Virus record (IMG/VR): IMGVR_UViG_3300037424_001072
Coordinates: 1 to 36,364 of that record
Origin: a virus
Taxonomy: Duplodnaviria; Caudoviricetes
Reading direction: 5' to 3' (one strand)
DNA: 36,364 nt
Part shown: piece by piece, positions 1-8,874 of the stretch
Layout of the letters: each line of letters begins with the position of its first letter
Position numbering within the stretch: the stretch's first letter is position 1
Position numbers and translations under genes: made by a program
Notes under the pieces: model-generated
What the model was told of the DNA's origin: nothing
Databases searched by the model: none
Seen by the model: the letters and a program-made list of their open reading frames with translations, nothing else

Positions 1-603
1 GTGACGCAGCCAGGGCCGCAGCCAGTGACGCAGCCTGGGCCGCAGCCAGGGCCGCAGCCAGGGACGCAGCCTGGGCCGCAGCCAGGGCCGCAGCCAGGGA
101 CGCAGCCAGTGACGCAGCCAGTGACGCAGCCAGGGACGCAGCCAGGGCCGCAGCCAGGGACGCAGCCTGGGCCGCAGCCAGGGCCGCAGCCAGGGCCGCA
201 GCCAGGGCCGCAGCCAGGGCCGCAGCCAGGGCCGCAGCCAGGGCCGCAGCCAGGGCCGCAGCTAGTGACGCAGCCAGGGCCGCAGCCAGTGACGCAGCCT
301 GGGCCGCAGCCAGGGCCGCAGCCAGGGACGCAGCCTGGGCCGCAGCCAGGGCCGCAGCCAGGGCCGCAGCCAGGGCCGCAGCCAGGGCCGCAGCCAGGGC
401 CGCAGCCAGGGCCGCAGCCAGGGCCGCAGCTAGTGACGCAGCCAGGGCCGCAGCCAGGGCCGCAGCCAGTGACGCAGCCAGGGCCGCAGCCAGTGACGCA
501 GCCTGGGCCGCAGCCAGGGCCGCAGCCAGGGACGCAGCCTGGGCCGCAGCCAGGGCCGCAGCCAGGGCCGCAGCCAGGGCCGCAGCCAGGGACGCAGCCT
601 GGG
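1..603 (+). repeat. Coding tandem repeat, 12-nt unit G(C/A)CGCAGCC(AGG/TGG/AGT), about 50 copies
   Basis: Directly visible; encodes (A/D)AA(R/W/S) units in frame 3. Confidence 0.97.
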
Positions 604-659
604 ATGCGCAAATTCAAGACTGTAAAACGCTACTACAACGATTGGAGAAATCAGAATGA
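3..659 (+). CDS. Ala-rich AAAR/DAAW repeat protein, 5'-truncated (true frame is +3, not the PQPG frame in the ORF track)
   Basis: Frame 3 reads DAARAAASDAAWAAAR...DAAWDAQIQDCKTLLQRLEKSE*; its TGA (657-659) overlaps the ATG of the next gene (656); this repeat type is common in phage early proteins. Confidence 0.85.
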   Translation, partial: DAARAAASDAAWAAARAAARDAAWAAARAAARDAASDAASDAARDAARAAARDAAWAAARAAARAAARAAARAAARAAARAAARAAASDAARAAASDAAWAAARAAARDAAWAAARAAARAAARAAARAAARAAARAAARAAASDAARAAARAAASDAARAAASDAAWAAARAAARDAAWAAARAAARAAARAAARDAAWDAQIQDCKTLLQRLEKSE

Positions 660-1153
660 TTGGAACATACCAAGGAAAAGCGATTGCATTCACGCTCGAT
701 ACGATCGGAGAAAACGGAAACCTAGCGGTCCAGATCCGCTGGGTTATCGAAAACGAATCCACGAAACCAATATCTACTCATTGGCTTACGGAAGCGGCGA
801 TGGAGTACTCGATCAAAGCGTTCCGTACGGCAGGGTGGAAAGGAAACGCGATTACCGATTTCGCAGATCCTAACACACCGATCGAATCTCTATTCCCCGA
901 TAAAGCTGATCTCGTGCTGTTCGAGGAACCGTGGACAACGAACGATGGCGAGGAACGCATTGCGACCAAGGTCCAATTCGTCAACCGGATCGGTTCGGCA
1001 ACGCTCATAGCCAAGCATGCGCCGGACAAGAAAGCACTGCTCGCAATGGCCGGCAAGTTCAAGGCTGCCGCAGCAAAGGATCCAGCGAAGTCCACGTCAA
1101 CGGAGCCGGCAGATGAGGATCCCTTCGGTGGGGATGATTTCGAGAATCTATAG
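656..1153 (+). CDS. Putative ssDNA-binding protein (DUF669-like)
   Basis: Beta-rich N-terminus, Ala/Lys linker, acidic aromatic tail DEDPFGGDDFENL; lies upstream of the helicase. Confidence 0.6.
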   Translation: MIGTYQGKAIAFTLDTIGENGNLAVQIRWVIENESTKPISTHWLTEAAMEYSIKAFRTAGWKGNAITDFADPNTPIESLFPDKADLVLFEEPWTTNDGEERIATKVQFVNRIGSATLIAKHAPDKKALLAMAGKFKAAAAKDPAKSTSTEPADEDPFGGDDFENL

Positions 1154-1161
1154 GAACAGCC

Positions 1162-1488
1162 ATGCCCGAGCAAACCAACACGACAGCAATCACCGAGCAG
1201 ATGGTTCGGATTGTCATGCTGCAAATCACTCAGCGCAAGCGGGAGCACAACCGCAAACGCATGAATGATCAGAAGCAACCGAACCAATCGCTTGTTGCAA
1301 CGTTCGGTGAGATCCAAAAGGCTCTCGAGAAAATTCCAAACGTCGTTGTTCCGGAGCCCATTCTCGAACGGTTGCTACTGTCGATGGTTCGCTCGGGCGT
1401 GATACGTCCAGAGCTGAAAGCGTTCGCTCTTGCCGAGTCGCTAAAGTCCGAGAAGGAAAGAATCGAGAAATCATGGCATACAGTATGA
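1162..1488 (+). CDS. Hypothetical protein
   Basis: AGGA upstream of the ATG; fills the gap; ATGA-coupled to the next ORF. Confidence 0.65.
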   Translation: MPEQTNTTAITEQMVRIVMLQITQRKREHNRKRMNDQKQPNQSLVATFGEIQKALEKIPNVVVPEPILERLLLSMVRSGVIRPELKAFALAESLKSEKERIEKSWHTV

Positions 1489-1700
1489 CGGGTCACCCTC
1501 CGTGGATCGGCAAACCGGGCGAACGCTTCGGCCCTCATCGATACATTGAACCGACGGGAGGTTCATGGGGAGGCTCGTCGCTGCATCGCGTGAAATGCGA
1601 GAACTGTGGACGGGTGACAACGAAAACGAGAGAAGAACTACAACGGATCAAGCGCCGAAATACCGCGCGATGCATCTACGAGATCATTGAGAAGAAATGA
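1485..1700 (+). CDS. Small hypothetical protein with CxxC motif
   Basis: ATGA overlaps at both ends (1485 and 1697); CENC motif. Confidence 0.6.
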   Translation: MTGHPPWIGKPGERFGPHRYIEPTGGSWGGSSLHRVKCENCGRVTTKTREELQRIKRRNTARCIYEIIEKK

Positions 1701-3103
1701 TCACCCTCCGCCCATTCCAGACCCGAACCTGTAAGCTCACCATGCAAGCGTTCGTCGCCCACCGCAGCGTGCTTGTTGTCTCTCCCACGGGCTCGGGTAA
1801 GACCGTCATTGGCACCGCGATCGTAAGACACCACTGGCGCCGCTCGCTCCGTACTCTGTTCGTCGCCCACCGCAGGGAACTCATCCTGCAGTCTGCGGAG
1901 AAACTCCGAATTATCGGCAAGCAAGAGGTCGGGATCGTTATGCCGGGGCACGAGCAGAAACTCCATTGCGCGATCCAGGTGGGAACTATTCAGACGTTGC
2001 TCGCGAAGGGGTTTCCTGAGAGTATTGATCTCGTCGTCCTGGACGAAGCTCATCATTACAACGCGGATGACTGGTCTGTGGTATTTACGAGATATCCAAA
2101 TGCAAAATTTCTTGGCCTAACGGCAACGCCAATGCGAAGCGACGGGCGCCCGTTGGGTGACATGTTCGAAGTAATGATCGTTGCCGAGAGCTACTCGAAT
2201 CTACTGGAGGCAGGATACATCGTTCCGTGTCGCATCTACCAGCCTGAGAGAGGGATGAAGTCCAATGAAGTTGCGCAAGATCCGCTCGTCGCTTACCGAA
2301 CGTTCGGCAACGGAACTTGCGCTTTTGGCTACGCTTCCCGCGTTGAACAGTGTGACACTCTTGCTGGTCGATTCTCCGATGCCGGTATTCCCTCTCGAGT
2401 TATCGAGGCCGGAACCAAACGAGGGGAGCGAGACGAGTCACTGCGACTATTTAGAGACGGATCGGTACGGGTACTATGGAACGTATACACGCTGACCGAA
2501 GGGGTGGACGTGCCCGAAGCTGGCTGTGCGATTATTGCGCGCCAAATGTTGCACGCTGGGATGTATCTCCAAACCTGCGGTCGAGTTTTACGACCAGCAC
2601 CAGGCAAGTTAGAGGCAATCATCATCGATCTAAGTGGTGCCACTCTGCTCCATGGGTTTCCGACTGAAGATCGAGAATATTCACTCGACGGAACCGCGAT
2701 CAAGCGCACGTCTGCAGAGCCGTTACGAGTGTGTCCGCAGTGCGGCGCAACGTCACAGGCTTGGCGCTCGTCATGCCCGGAGTGCGGATTCGTTCCTCCG
2801 ATCACTGAAGCGCCGAAGCTCAAGATCTATTCGCAAGCACTTCGCGAAGTATTCGCCGGAATAGGCACGCCTGCAGAAGCAAAGAGCACGGAGCTAGATC
2901 GGCTACTTCGCGTGGCCCTTGAAAAAAACTGGGATATGTACGCGGTAAGAAAGAACTATCTCACGTTGTTCGGGGAGATCCCAGATCTCAGAAACGTTGA
3001 CAGCGAGACGAAACGACGGCAGCTTGAAAGGCTCCGCTCTCGCTATGCGAATCCGAAGCAGGCGAATGTGATGTATAAGGAGCTGTTTGGAACATGGCCT
3101 TAG
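1697..3103 (+). CDS. SF2 DEAD/DEAH-box helicase (RadD/YejH-like) with C-terminal zinc ribbon
   Basis: SPTGSGKT (Walker A), VVLDEAHH (motif II), LTATP (III), EGVDVP (V), QTCGRVLR (VI), CPQC...CPEC. Confidence 0.93.
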   Translation: MITLRPFQTRTCKLTMQAFVAHRSVLVVSPTGSGKTVIGTAIVRHHWRRSLRTLFVAHRRELILQSAEKLRIIGKQEVGIVMPGHEQKLHCAIQVGTIQTLLAKGFPESIDLVVLDEAHHYNADDWSVVFTRYPNAKFLGLTATPMRSDGRPLGDMFEVMIVAESYSNLLEAGYIVPCRIYQPERGMKSNEVAQDPLVAYRTFGNGTCAFGYASRVEQCDTLAGRFSDAGIPSRVIEAGTKRGERDESLRLFRDGSVRVLWNVYTLTEGVDVPEAGCAIIARQMLHAGMYLQTCGRVLRPAPGKLEAIIIDLSGATLLHGFPTEDREYSLDGTAIKRTSAEPLRVCPQCGATSQAWRSSCPECGFVPPITEAPKLKIYSQALREVFAGIGTPAEAKSTELDRLLRVALEKNWDMYAVRKNYLTLFGEIPDLRNVDSETKRRQLERLRSRYANPKQANVMYKELFGTWP

Positions 3104-3303
3104 AAATCGAAGTTCATCCGGGTTCTGAAATTGTGAAAGAACGACGAGTGCGCGACTGTAATCGGTTCGAGATGACCGTTCCCAGTGACTGGTCTCCGCC
3201 GGTCCTAACCGTGTCCACTCCTGACATCGAAATCGACATCTACTGCGTAGACGCCATTGCGGCGATGCGACTGTCTGGGATGGAGGTGACATGGAAGCGC
3301 TAA
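3094..3303 (+). CDS. Hypothetical protein
   Basis: Short ORF overlapping both neighbours within the operon. Confidence 0.5.
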   Translation: MALEIEVHPGSEIVKERRVRDCNRFEMTVPSDWSPPVLTVSTPDIEIDIYCVDAIAAMRLSGMEVTWKR

Positions 3304-3677
3304 GTGAGACACAGATCAAAGCAAAAGTGCGATTGAGACTCTCGAAACTAGGGTGTGTGGTTTGGCAACAGGCCACTGGACATGGACGCACCGACACAGG
3401 TTCGGAGATCTCGTTTGGATTATGCCGAGGTTCGAGCGATATTATCGGAATTGCTCCCGTCGGAAAATTCCTGGCGGTCGAAGTGAAGACGATCGCTGGA
3501 ATGAAAGCCCATATACAAGCTCTCGCGAGAGCAGCGCGAAGACAGAATGGACCGCTTACACGCGCCGAGCGTCGCGCGTTTGAACAACATTTATTCATTG
3601 ATGTCGTAAAACGCCGAGGCGGGATCGCTGGATTCGTGACATCGGCAGATGAGGCAGAGGAGCTAGTAAAACCATGA
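3291..3677 (+). CDS. VRR-NUC domain nuclease (Holliday-junction resolvase-like)
   Basis: SETQIK...GSSDIIG...FLAVEVKT...Q..FI..V...GG.AG pattern of the PD-(D/E)xK VRR-NUC family; GGAGG upstream. Confidence 0.88.
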   Translation: MEALSETQIKAKVRLRLSKLGCVVWQQATGHGRTDTGSEISFGLCRGSSDIIGIAPVGKFLAVEVKTIAGMKAHIQALARAARRQNGPLTRAERRAFEQHLFIDVVKRRGGIAGFVTSADEAEELVKP

Positions 3678-3997
3678 CCAAACAACCGCGAAAGCTGCCG
3701 GTGATTACGGCGATCATCTACACAGATGACACCGGAAAACAATCTGTCTTGGGTGCCGCTGTTGATGAGCCTGAGGTATCTGGGATTGCACGCGCATCGT
3801 CAGTACCAATAGCGTCTGGCGATGCTGTCCTGTCGCTTTACATCCCCGACATCCCGCGGTGCAGAACGTGCGACTTTTACAAGGAACACATGAACCTGCC
3901 GGGACTGATGATTTGTGTGCGCCACATTACCGCAGAGCACGATGTAAGCGTCGACGGATACTGCGACCAGCACTCGGAACTGACGAGGGCGACATGA
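3674..3997 (+). CDS. Hypothetical protein with Cys/His-rich C-terminus
   Basis: ATGA-coupled at both ends; CRTC...C...YCDQH. Confidence 0.65.
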   Translation: MTKQPRKLPVITAIIYTDDTGKQSVLGAAVDEPEVSGIARASSVPIASGDAVLSLYIPDIPRCRTCDFYKEHMNLPGLMICVRHITAEHDVSVDGYCDQHSELTRAT

Positions 3998-4803
3998 CCG
4001 ACAACAAGCACATTATCACATTCGAACAAGCCAAAGCCGCGCACGCGAGGGGTGTCGAGGTGTACACAGACAGCAGCGACGGCTCATGGTTCGCGATCGT
4101 CAAACCACCAGCCGAAAACTGCGACTCCTGGACCTACGCCCTCGATCGCACTCCTGGGCGCGTGCTCACGTACGATGAGACGTGCGTGCACAATGACTGC
4201 GGGCTGAACGTTGAGCTGGAATGCGATGACGGGGACAGGATCATACGTCATCCTCCGTCGTCGCAGCGTTCTAAGGGTTTCATTTACTGCGTCCCCCTCA
4301 CCGAACCCGCAAAGGGAGAGCCAGCGCAATCGCAATACGAATACGTGACCGGGCTGCGCAACGTGCCAGAGGGGAAAGAGAAAGAGTGGGAGTGCTACGT
4401 CCTAGATCAATCGTGGCAGAAGCGCGGATATTGGAAGGATTGCACGACGGGTCACACCGAGTGTGCCAAATTCCGCCGCCGGGTGCCAGTGGTGAAGAGA
4501 GAGGCGATGCGATGCGAATTCCCCGAGACCGTGAATTCGTGCGGCGGATTGCGACCGTGGCTCACTACTGCGTGGGTCGGCAAGCGCGTCGCTGTAACCG
4601 TCCGCGAAATCCTGCCCGATGCCCCGCCCGCAGTGGACTTGGAAGCAGAGCTGCGCAGAGTACGGAGCGAGCGCGACGAGCTGCAACAGAAGCTCGACCC
4701 GCTCGCGATTGCGGCGGAAGCGCTTTTGACCGCGATGTCGTTCACGGCTGACATTGAAGACGAAGTGAATGACCTTCGCGCCGCTCTGAAAGGTGACGAG
4801 TGA
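3994..4803 (+). CDS. Hypothetical protein with C-terminal coiled coil
   Basis: Start reassigned to ATG 3994 (GAGGG upstream, ATGA overlap); LEAELRRVRSERDELQQKL heptads. Confidence 0.7.
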   Translation: MTDNKHIITFEQAKAAHARGVEVYTDSSDGSWFAIVKPPAENCDSWTYALDRTPGRVLTYDETCVHNDCGLNVELECDDGDRIIRHPPSSQRSKGFIYCVPLTEPAKGEPAQSQYEYVTGLRNVPEGKEKEWECYVLDQSWQKRGYWKDCTTGHTECAKFRRRVPVVKREAMRCEFPETVNSCGGLRPWLTTAWVGKRVAVTVREILPDAPPAVDLEAELRRVRSERDELQQKLDPLAIAAEALLTAMSFTADIEDEVNDLRAALKGDE

Positions 4804-4928
4804 TGAACGATTCGCGCAAAGAGTCTGTCGATAGGCTTACGGCCGCCAATGCGCGGATTGCGGAGCTGGAGCGGCGCCTGGATCTTCGCTTTGAGGCAAC
4901 CATTCGTAGAATCCGCAGGTACCTATGA
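4803..4928 (+). CDS. 41-aa coiled-coil peptide (absent from the ORF track)
   Basis: MNDSRKESVDRLTAANARIAELERRLDLRFEATIRRIRRYL*; bridges two genes with start/stop overlaps at both ends. Confidence 0.55.
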   Translation: MNDSRKESVDRLTAANARIAELERRLDLRFEATIRRIRRYL

Positions 4929-7123
4929 CTCAATCCTCGCTACCCGAACCAAAGCGATTTCCCAACGTCACATGGGCGCAGAACTACGCCAAGCAATTCG
5001 GGTGGCACGTGTTTCCGCTTCACTCTATCGACTCGAAGACGGGGCACTGCACATGCAAGCGAGCCGAATGCATCGGCTCGAACAACGAGGGCAAGCATCC
5101 GCGAACTCGGAATGGCGTGCTTGACGCGACGACAGATCCGGAGATAATCGGGAAGTGGTGGTCGAAACATCCAGATTCGAACATCGGGGTTGCGTGCGGC
5201 CCGTCAAAGCTCGTAGTTATTGATATCGATCCGCGCAACGACGGAGACAATACGCTCGTTGCTCTCGAGAAAACCAACGGAAAGCTACCAAGCACGCCTT
5301 GTGCGCTTACGGGTGGAGGCGGGCAGCACTATCTATTCCGGATGCCATCCGAGTCAATGCGCGGCTCGAAGATTCCGGACGGAATTGACGTCAAGGCTGA
5401 TGGCGGGTACATCGTAGCTGCGCCATCGAACCATCTGTCAGGGCGTCGATATGAATGGGATGCCGGCGCACACCCAAAGGACGTTGCGCTTGCAGAGCTA
5501 CCGGTATGGATCATCGGGCTACTGAGAAAGAAAACCGATGCGAAGCAATCAGAGATCAAACCGGAAGACGGATACCTTGGAGCGGCATTCAAAGCAGCCG
5601 GATGGGCAGGGCAATCAATTGGGTCAGACAAGATTGCTGTCCAATGCCCATGGGAGTCGGAACATTCGTCGGGATCTCGATTCGACTCCTCTACTGTTAT
5701 CTATTCTCCGAATTCTGGATGCAATACCGGCGCCTTCTGGTGTGCACATTCGCATTGCCAAAATTCGCGGACTCTGAAAGATGTCCTTCGGAAGCTACCA
5801 GCGTCTGCTCACGCTTCCGCGCGAAAGCATCTTGGACTCCCCGAAAAACACTCACCCCCTCCGGAATCATCTCCTAGCGAAATCGATACCAATGAACCCT
5901 GGACTCAAATGCTTCGTTTCAACGGAGAAGGGCAAATGAGAAAAGATCCAGGTAACGCGGCATTGCTGCTTGCGAATTTACCCGAGTGGAAAGGCGCGAT
6001 TCGCTACGATGAATTCAGCGGAAAAACGCGATGGGCCCGCCCCGCTCCACTCATTGACGGTATGGCTCGACCAGTAGTTGGCGAAGAATTGAAAGATACT
6101 CACGTCATTTATGTTGGGCACTGGCTTTCGCGATTTTCTCGTGTGACATTCACGCGGGAGACCGTACGTGATGCGATTGAGTCGGCGGCGCTGTCGCATC
6201 GCTACAATCCGTTGCAGGAATATCTCGAGTCTCTGGCATGGGATCGGAAGCCTCGGGTAGGTGTCTGGCTCTCGACTTACCTCGGCTGCGAGGATTCGGA
6301 ATATACTCGCATCGTGGGAAGGTGGTGGCTCATCTCTGCGGTGGCGCGGGCAATGAAACCTGGATGCCAAGCGGACTGCGTGCTTGTTCTGAAGGGGCCG
6401 CAAGGAGCGCGCAAATCATCCGCGGTAATCGCCCTAGCCGGTGATCAGTGGGTACTCGAGAGTCTTCCGAAACTCAACGACAAAGACTCTGTTCAGATTC
6501 TAAGGGGAGTGTGGATCGCAGCAATGAATGAACTCGAGTCGATCCGAGGAACCGCACTGACACGAGTGAAGGACTACATTTCGACTCGAGTCGACAAGTT
6601 CCGAGCGTCGTACGGTCGATATACGATCGACGTGCCGAGAGCCTGCGTGTTTGTTGGAACCGCAAACGAGCAATACTGTCTGCCCTACGATCCAACGGGA
6701 CTGCGCCGGTGGTGGCCGGTCGACGTTGGGGCGATTGATACAGACGCGATCGAACGCGACCGTGACCAGATTTGGGCCGAGGCAATGGCGTACTATCGGG
6801 CGGGCGAGCATTGGTGGCCGGAGTCCATGGGACACCTGGATCTACTCCATGAGCAGCAGCAGAGTTCAGTCGACTCCGATCCGTGGGAGTCAGTGATCGG
6901 AGACTGGCTTGCTCATCGTGAGGAGATCCTAGAGCCAGGAGATACTCTCCACGTGACGACTACTCACGTACTACAGTCGTGCCTTGGGGTCACGCCGGAC
7001 AGAATGACCCGGGCCGACCAAACGCGCGCAGGGGGCATCCTCAGAGGACTGGGATACGAGTCCCAAAGGGTGCGGACAGGGTCCGGGAATCGGGAGTACC
7101 AGTATTCCCGGGTTTCCGGCTAG
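4925..7123 (+). CDS. Bifunctional primase/polymerase (Prim-Pol) fused to a VirE/VapE-like P-loop helicase
   Basis: GKHP..NGVLDAT, NIGVACG, LVVIDIDPRN, TGGGGQHYLF, GIDVKADGGYIVAAPSNH; C-terminal VLKGPQGARKS, FRASYGR, FVGTAN, DPTGLRRWWPV, RDQIWAEA. Confidence 0.93.
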   Translation: MTQSSLPEPKRFPNVTWAQNYAKQFGWHVFPLHSIDSKTGHCTCKRAECIGSNNEGKHPRTRNGVLDATTDPEIIGKWWSKHPDSNIGVACGPSKLVVIDIDPRNDGDNTLVALEKTNGKLPSTPCALTGGGGQHYLFRMPSESMRGSKIPDGIDVKADGGYIVAAPSNHLSGRRYEWDAGAHPKDVALAELPVWIIGLLRKKTDAKQSEIKPEDGYLGAAFKAAGWAGQSIGSDKIAVQCPWESEHSSGSRFDSSTVIYSPNSGCNTGAFWCAHSHCQNSRTLKDVLRKLPASAHASARKHLGLPEKHSPPPESSPSEIDTNEPWTQMLRFNGEGQMRKDPGNAALLLANLPEWKGAIRYDEFSGKTRWARPAPLIDGMARPVVGEELKDTHVIYVGHWLSRFSRVTFTRETVRDAIESAALSHRYNPLQEYLESLAWDRKPRVGVWLSTYLGCEDSEYTRIVGRWWLISAVARAMKPGCQADCVLVLKGPQGARKSSAVIALAGDQWVLESLPKLNDKDSVQILRGVWIAAMNELESIRGTALTRVKDYISTRVDKFRASYGRYTIDVPRACVFVGTANEQYCLPYDPTGLRRWWPVDVGAIDTDAIERDRDQIWAEAMAYYRAGEHWWPESMGHLDLLHEQQQSSVDSDPWESVIGDWLAHREEILEPGDTLHVTTTHVLQSCLGVTPDRMTRADQTRAGGILRGLGYESQRVRTGSGNREYQYSRVSG

Positions 7124-7567
7124 GACATATATAGGTATATAGAGATATATATAGGTGTACTATGCATAGGATTCTAGTCAACATAGAGGACAGATTGTGG
7201 AATGAAATCGAAGCTTTGCGCAATGAACACGGGTGTTCGGCTAGATACGTGATCGAATCAGCTTTGGGCCATTTTCTAGGGAAAAAACCAGAGAACAGGA
7301 TCATGTGGATGTCCCCAACGAATCCGGAGTTGAGTGTCCAGGGTGGCCCGTCCCGTCCCATAGGATAGACCGTCGCTTAAGAACCCTATTTCTCAGGTAC
7401 TACTATACTGTATGTAATTCATTTCATATAGGTTAGGACAGTTAGACCGCTTCTGAAACATAAACGGTTACAATAACTTACGGCGTCCCATTATATGTCC
7501 TAACTGGACCATCGTCCCGGGCAATATGATTTTCTCTAACGTAACACATCAACAATAAAGAGGTAAC
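7121..7567. other. AT-rich region with TAGGACA-type repeats; candidate replication origin
   Basis: Clearly AT-richer than the flanks; TAGGACATATA (7121-7131) inverted at 7492-7502; GTTAGGACA (7432-7440); directly follows the primase-helicase. Confidence 0.45.
7162..7368 (+). CDS. Small ribbon-helix-helix-like DNA-binding protein
   Basis: RILVNIEDRLWNEIEALRNEHGCSARYVIESAL fits the strand-helix-helix pattern. Confidence 0.5.
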   Translation: MHRILVNIEDRLWNEIEALRNEHGCSARYVIESALGHFLGKKPENRIMWMSPTNPELSVQGGPSRPIG

Positions 7568-8143
7568 ATGGCGAATCTATTCAATGAATTGGCAATACAG
7601 ACTTCACTTCGGGCAGGGCTGATTTCCGAACTACAAGCCACAGAGACTAGAATTCTAGAGCTCTGCGGTAAGATGCGGCCAGCCGGAATTCCTACTAGTG
7701 AACAGCCGGCCGCCGCTAGCGCGCCTGTCAAGCGTGGTCGGAAACCGAGGTCTACCGTAGAGATCCCGGCTGCTGACGGGACCACATGCGGAGCGGCAGA
7801 GGCGCTGGAGCGGGCTGACGCTGAAGACGCCGCGGGAAATGACTATAGAAGCCCGCTACAACGCGAGAAAGATGCCGAGTCTCCAGCCCCCGAACCTGAG
7901 CACGCAGACGCTCCTGACGCCAAACAGAACGAGCTCATCGAACTCCTCGGTGCCATTACCCTCGGAATCGAGATGACTACGGAAAATCTGCTAAATATCG
8001 CGAAAAAACTGAGAATCATCGAGGACATAACCCAGCCGGTGGCGAAGAGATACGTGGGCAAGCTGGTCGAGCAACTGCTTGGCTCGGGTCACCTGCGCCG
8101 ACAGGGTGGTGGTCCGGCTACGAGGTACGTCCGCGTCAAGTGA
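7568..8143 (+). CDS. Putative DNA-binding protein (KRGRKPR motif, acidic linker, C-terminal winged-helix-like domain)
   Basis: AGAGGT RBS; KRGRKPR; C-terminal LLGSGHLRRQGGGPATRY wing-like end. Confidence 0.6.
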   Translation: MANLFNELAIQTSLRAGLISELQATETRILELCGKMRPAGIPTSEQPAAASAPVKRGRKPRSTVEIPAADGTTCGAAEALERADAEDAAGNDYRSPLQREKDAESPAPEPEHADAPDAKQNELIELLGAITLGIEMTTENLLNIAKKLRIIEDITQPVAKRYVGKLVEQLLGSGHLRRQGGGPATRYVRVK

Positions 8144-8186
8144 CGACATATTGTGACACGTGGTAACACGTGCTACGACTGAATCC

Positions 8187-8351
8187 GTGGCAACAGTAGT
8201 AATTCCAAAGCGAGTCTTCGTGCCGATAACGCCGGAGGCTCGCTTATTGCTCGACCAATGGCTATCGAAATTTCCGGTAGCCCCATCGCTGTCGGCGGTA
8301 TGCCAGGTGGCTCTTGAGCGAGGGCTAAGGGAGATTATTGAGAATGGCTGA
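8187..8351 (+). CDS. Small RHH/Arc-like regulator (start uncertain, GTG 8160 or 8187)
   Basis: KRVFVPITPEARLLLDQW...SLSAVCQVALERGL. Confidence 0.5.
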   Translation: MATVVIPKRVFVPITPEARLLLDQWLSKFPVAPSLSAVCQVALERGLREIIENG

Positions 8352-8577
8352 ACCTGTATCCAACCTACCTCTTGCTCGTGCAGCATTCGAGATCCTCAGG
8401 TGCTATCTCGGCAAACACGATGCTCCAGTCGATGTCGACGGACTCCGAGTCTGTCTCGATGACGGGCTGCTCGAGATCTCGAAAGCGCATGTGCCGGCTC
8501 TCACCGACAGGGGCCAAGCGATGATCAATCGGATTGTCATGGGCGCGTTTCCGAAAGTGAGCGGATGCGATGACTAA
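8344..8577 (+). CDS. Hypothetical protein
   Basis: GGAG upstream; overlaps both neighbours. Confidence 0.55.
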   Translation: MAEPVSNLPLARAAFEILRCYLGKHDAPVDVDGLRVCLDDGLLEISKAHVPALTDRGQAMINRIVMGAFPKVSGCDD

Positions 8578-8824
8578 ATCCCTGTCGCTCCTAGTGCTTC
8601 TAATTCCTATCGCCTGCGACGTCATTACCCTCCCCGAGGACTCAGTACCGGCGTGCCTGTCGGACCTGGATTGCCAATCGACCGAGCGGTGCCTGGACTC
8701 GACCTGTCGGTTGGAGTGCTATGGATACGGTGACTGCCCGAGCGGGATGAAGTGTTCGCATGCGTCGAGGGATGCGCTGACATTGGACCCGTGGGACGGT
8801 AGCGCTTGCTGGCCTGAGGAATAG
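8570..8824 (+). CDS. Cys-rich lipoprotein
   Basis: Signal MTKSLSLLVLLIPIA-C (lipobox-like) followed by two C-x4-DC-x5-C type repeats. Confidence 0.7.
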   Translation: MTKSLSLLVLLIPIACDVITLPEDSVPACLSDLDCQSTERCLDSTCRLECYGYGDCPSGMKCSHASRDALTLDPWDGSACWPEE

Positions 8825-8874
8825 GGGCTAGACTATAGGCCGAGTGTTCAGTCACGCGGATCGGAGAATACGAA

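Noticed and set aside
1-603. Possible CRISPR array or DGR template/variable repeat
   Set aside because: Contiguous 12-nt units without unique spacers; no cas or reverse transcriptase gene; variation is not adenine-specific between two copies
1-873. 290-aa PQPG-repeat ORF from the track
   Set aside because: Shadow frame of the repeat; it overlaps the SSB-like gene by 218 nt, whereas frame 3 ends in a clean ATGA coupling
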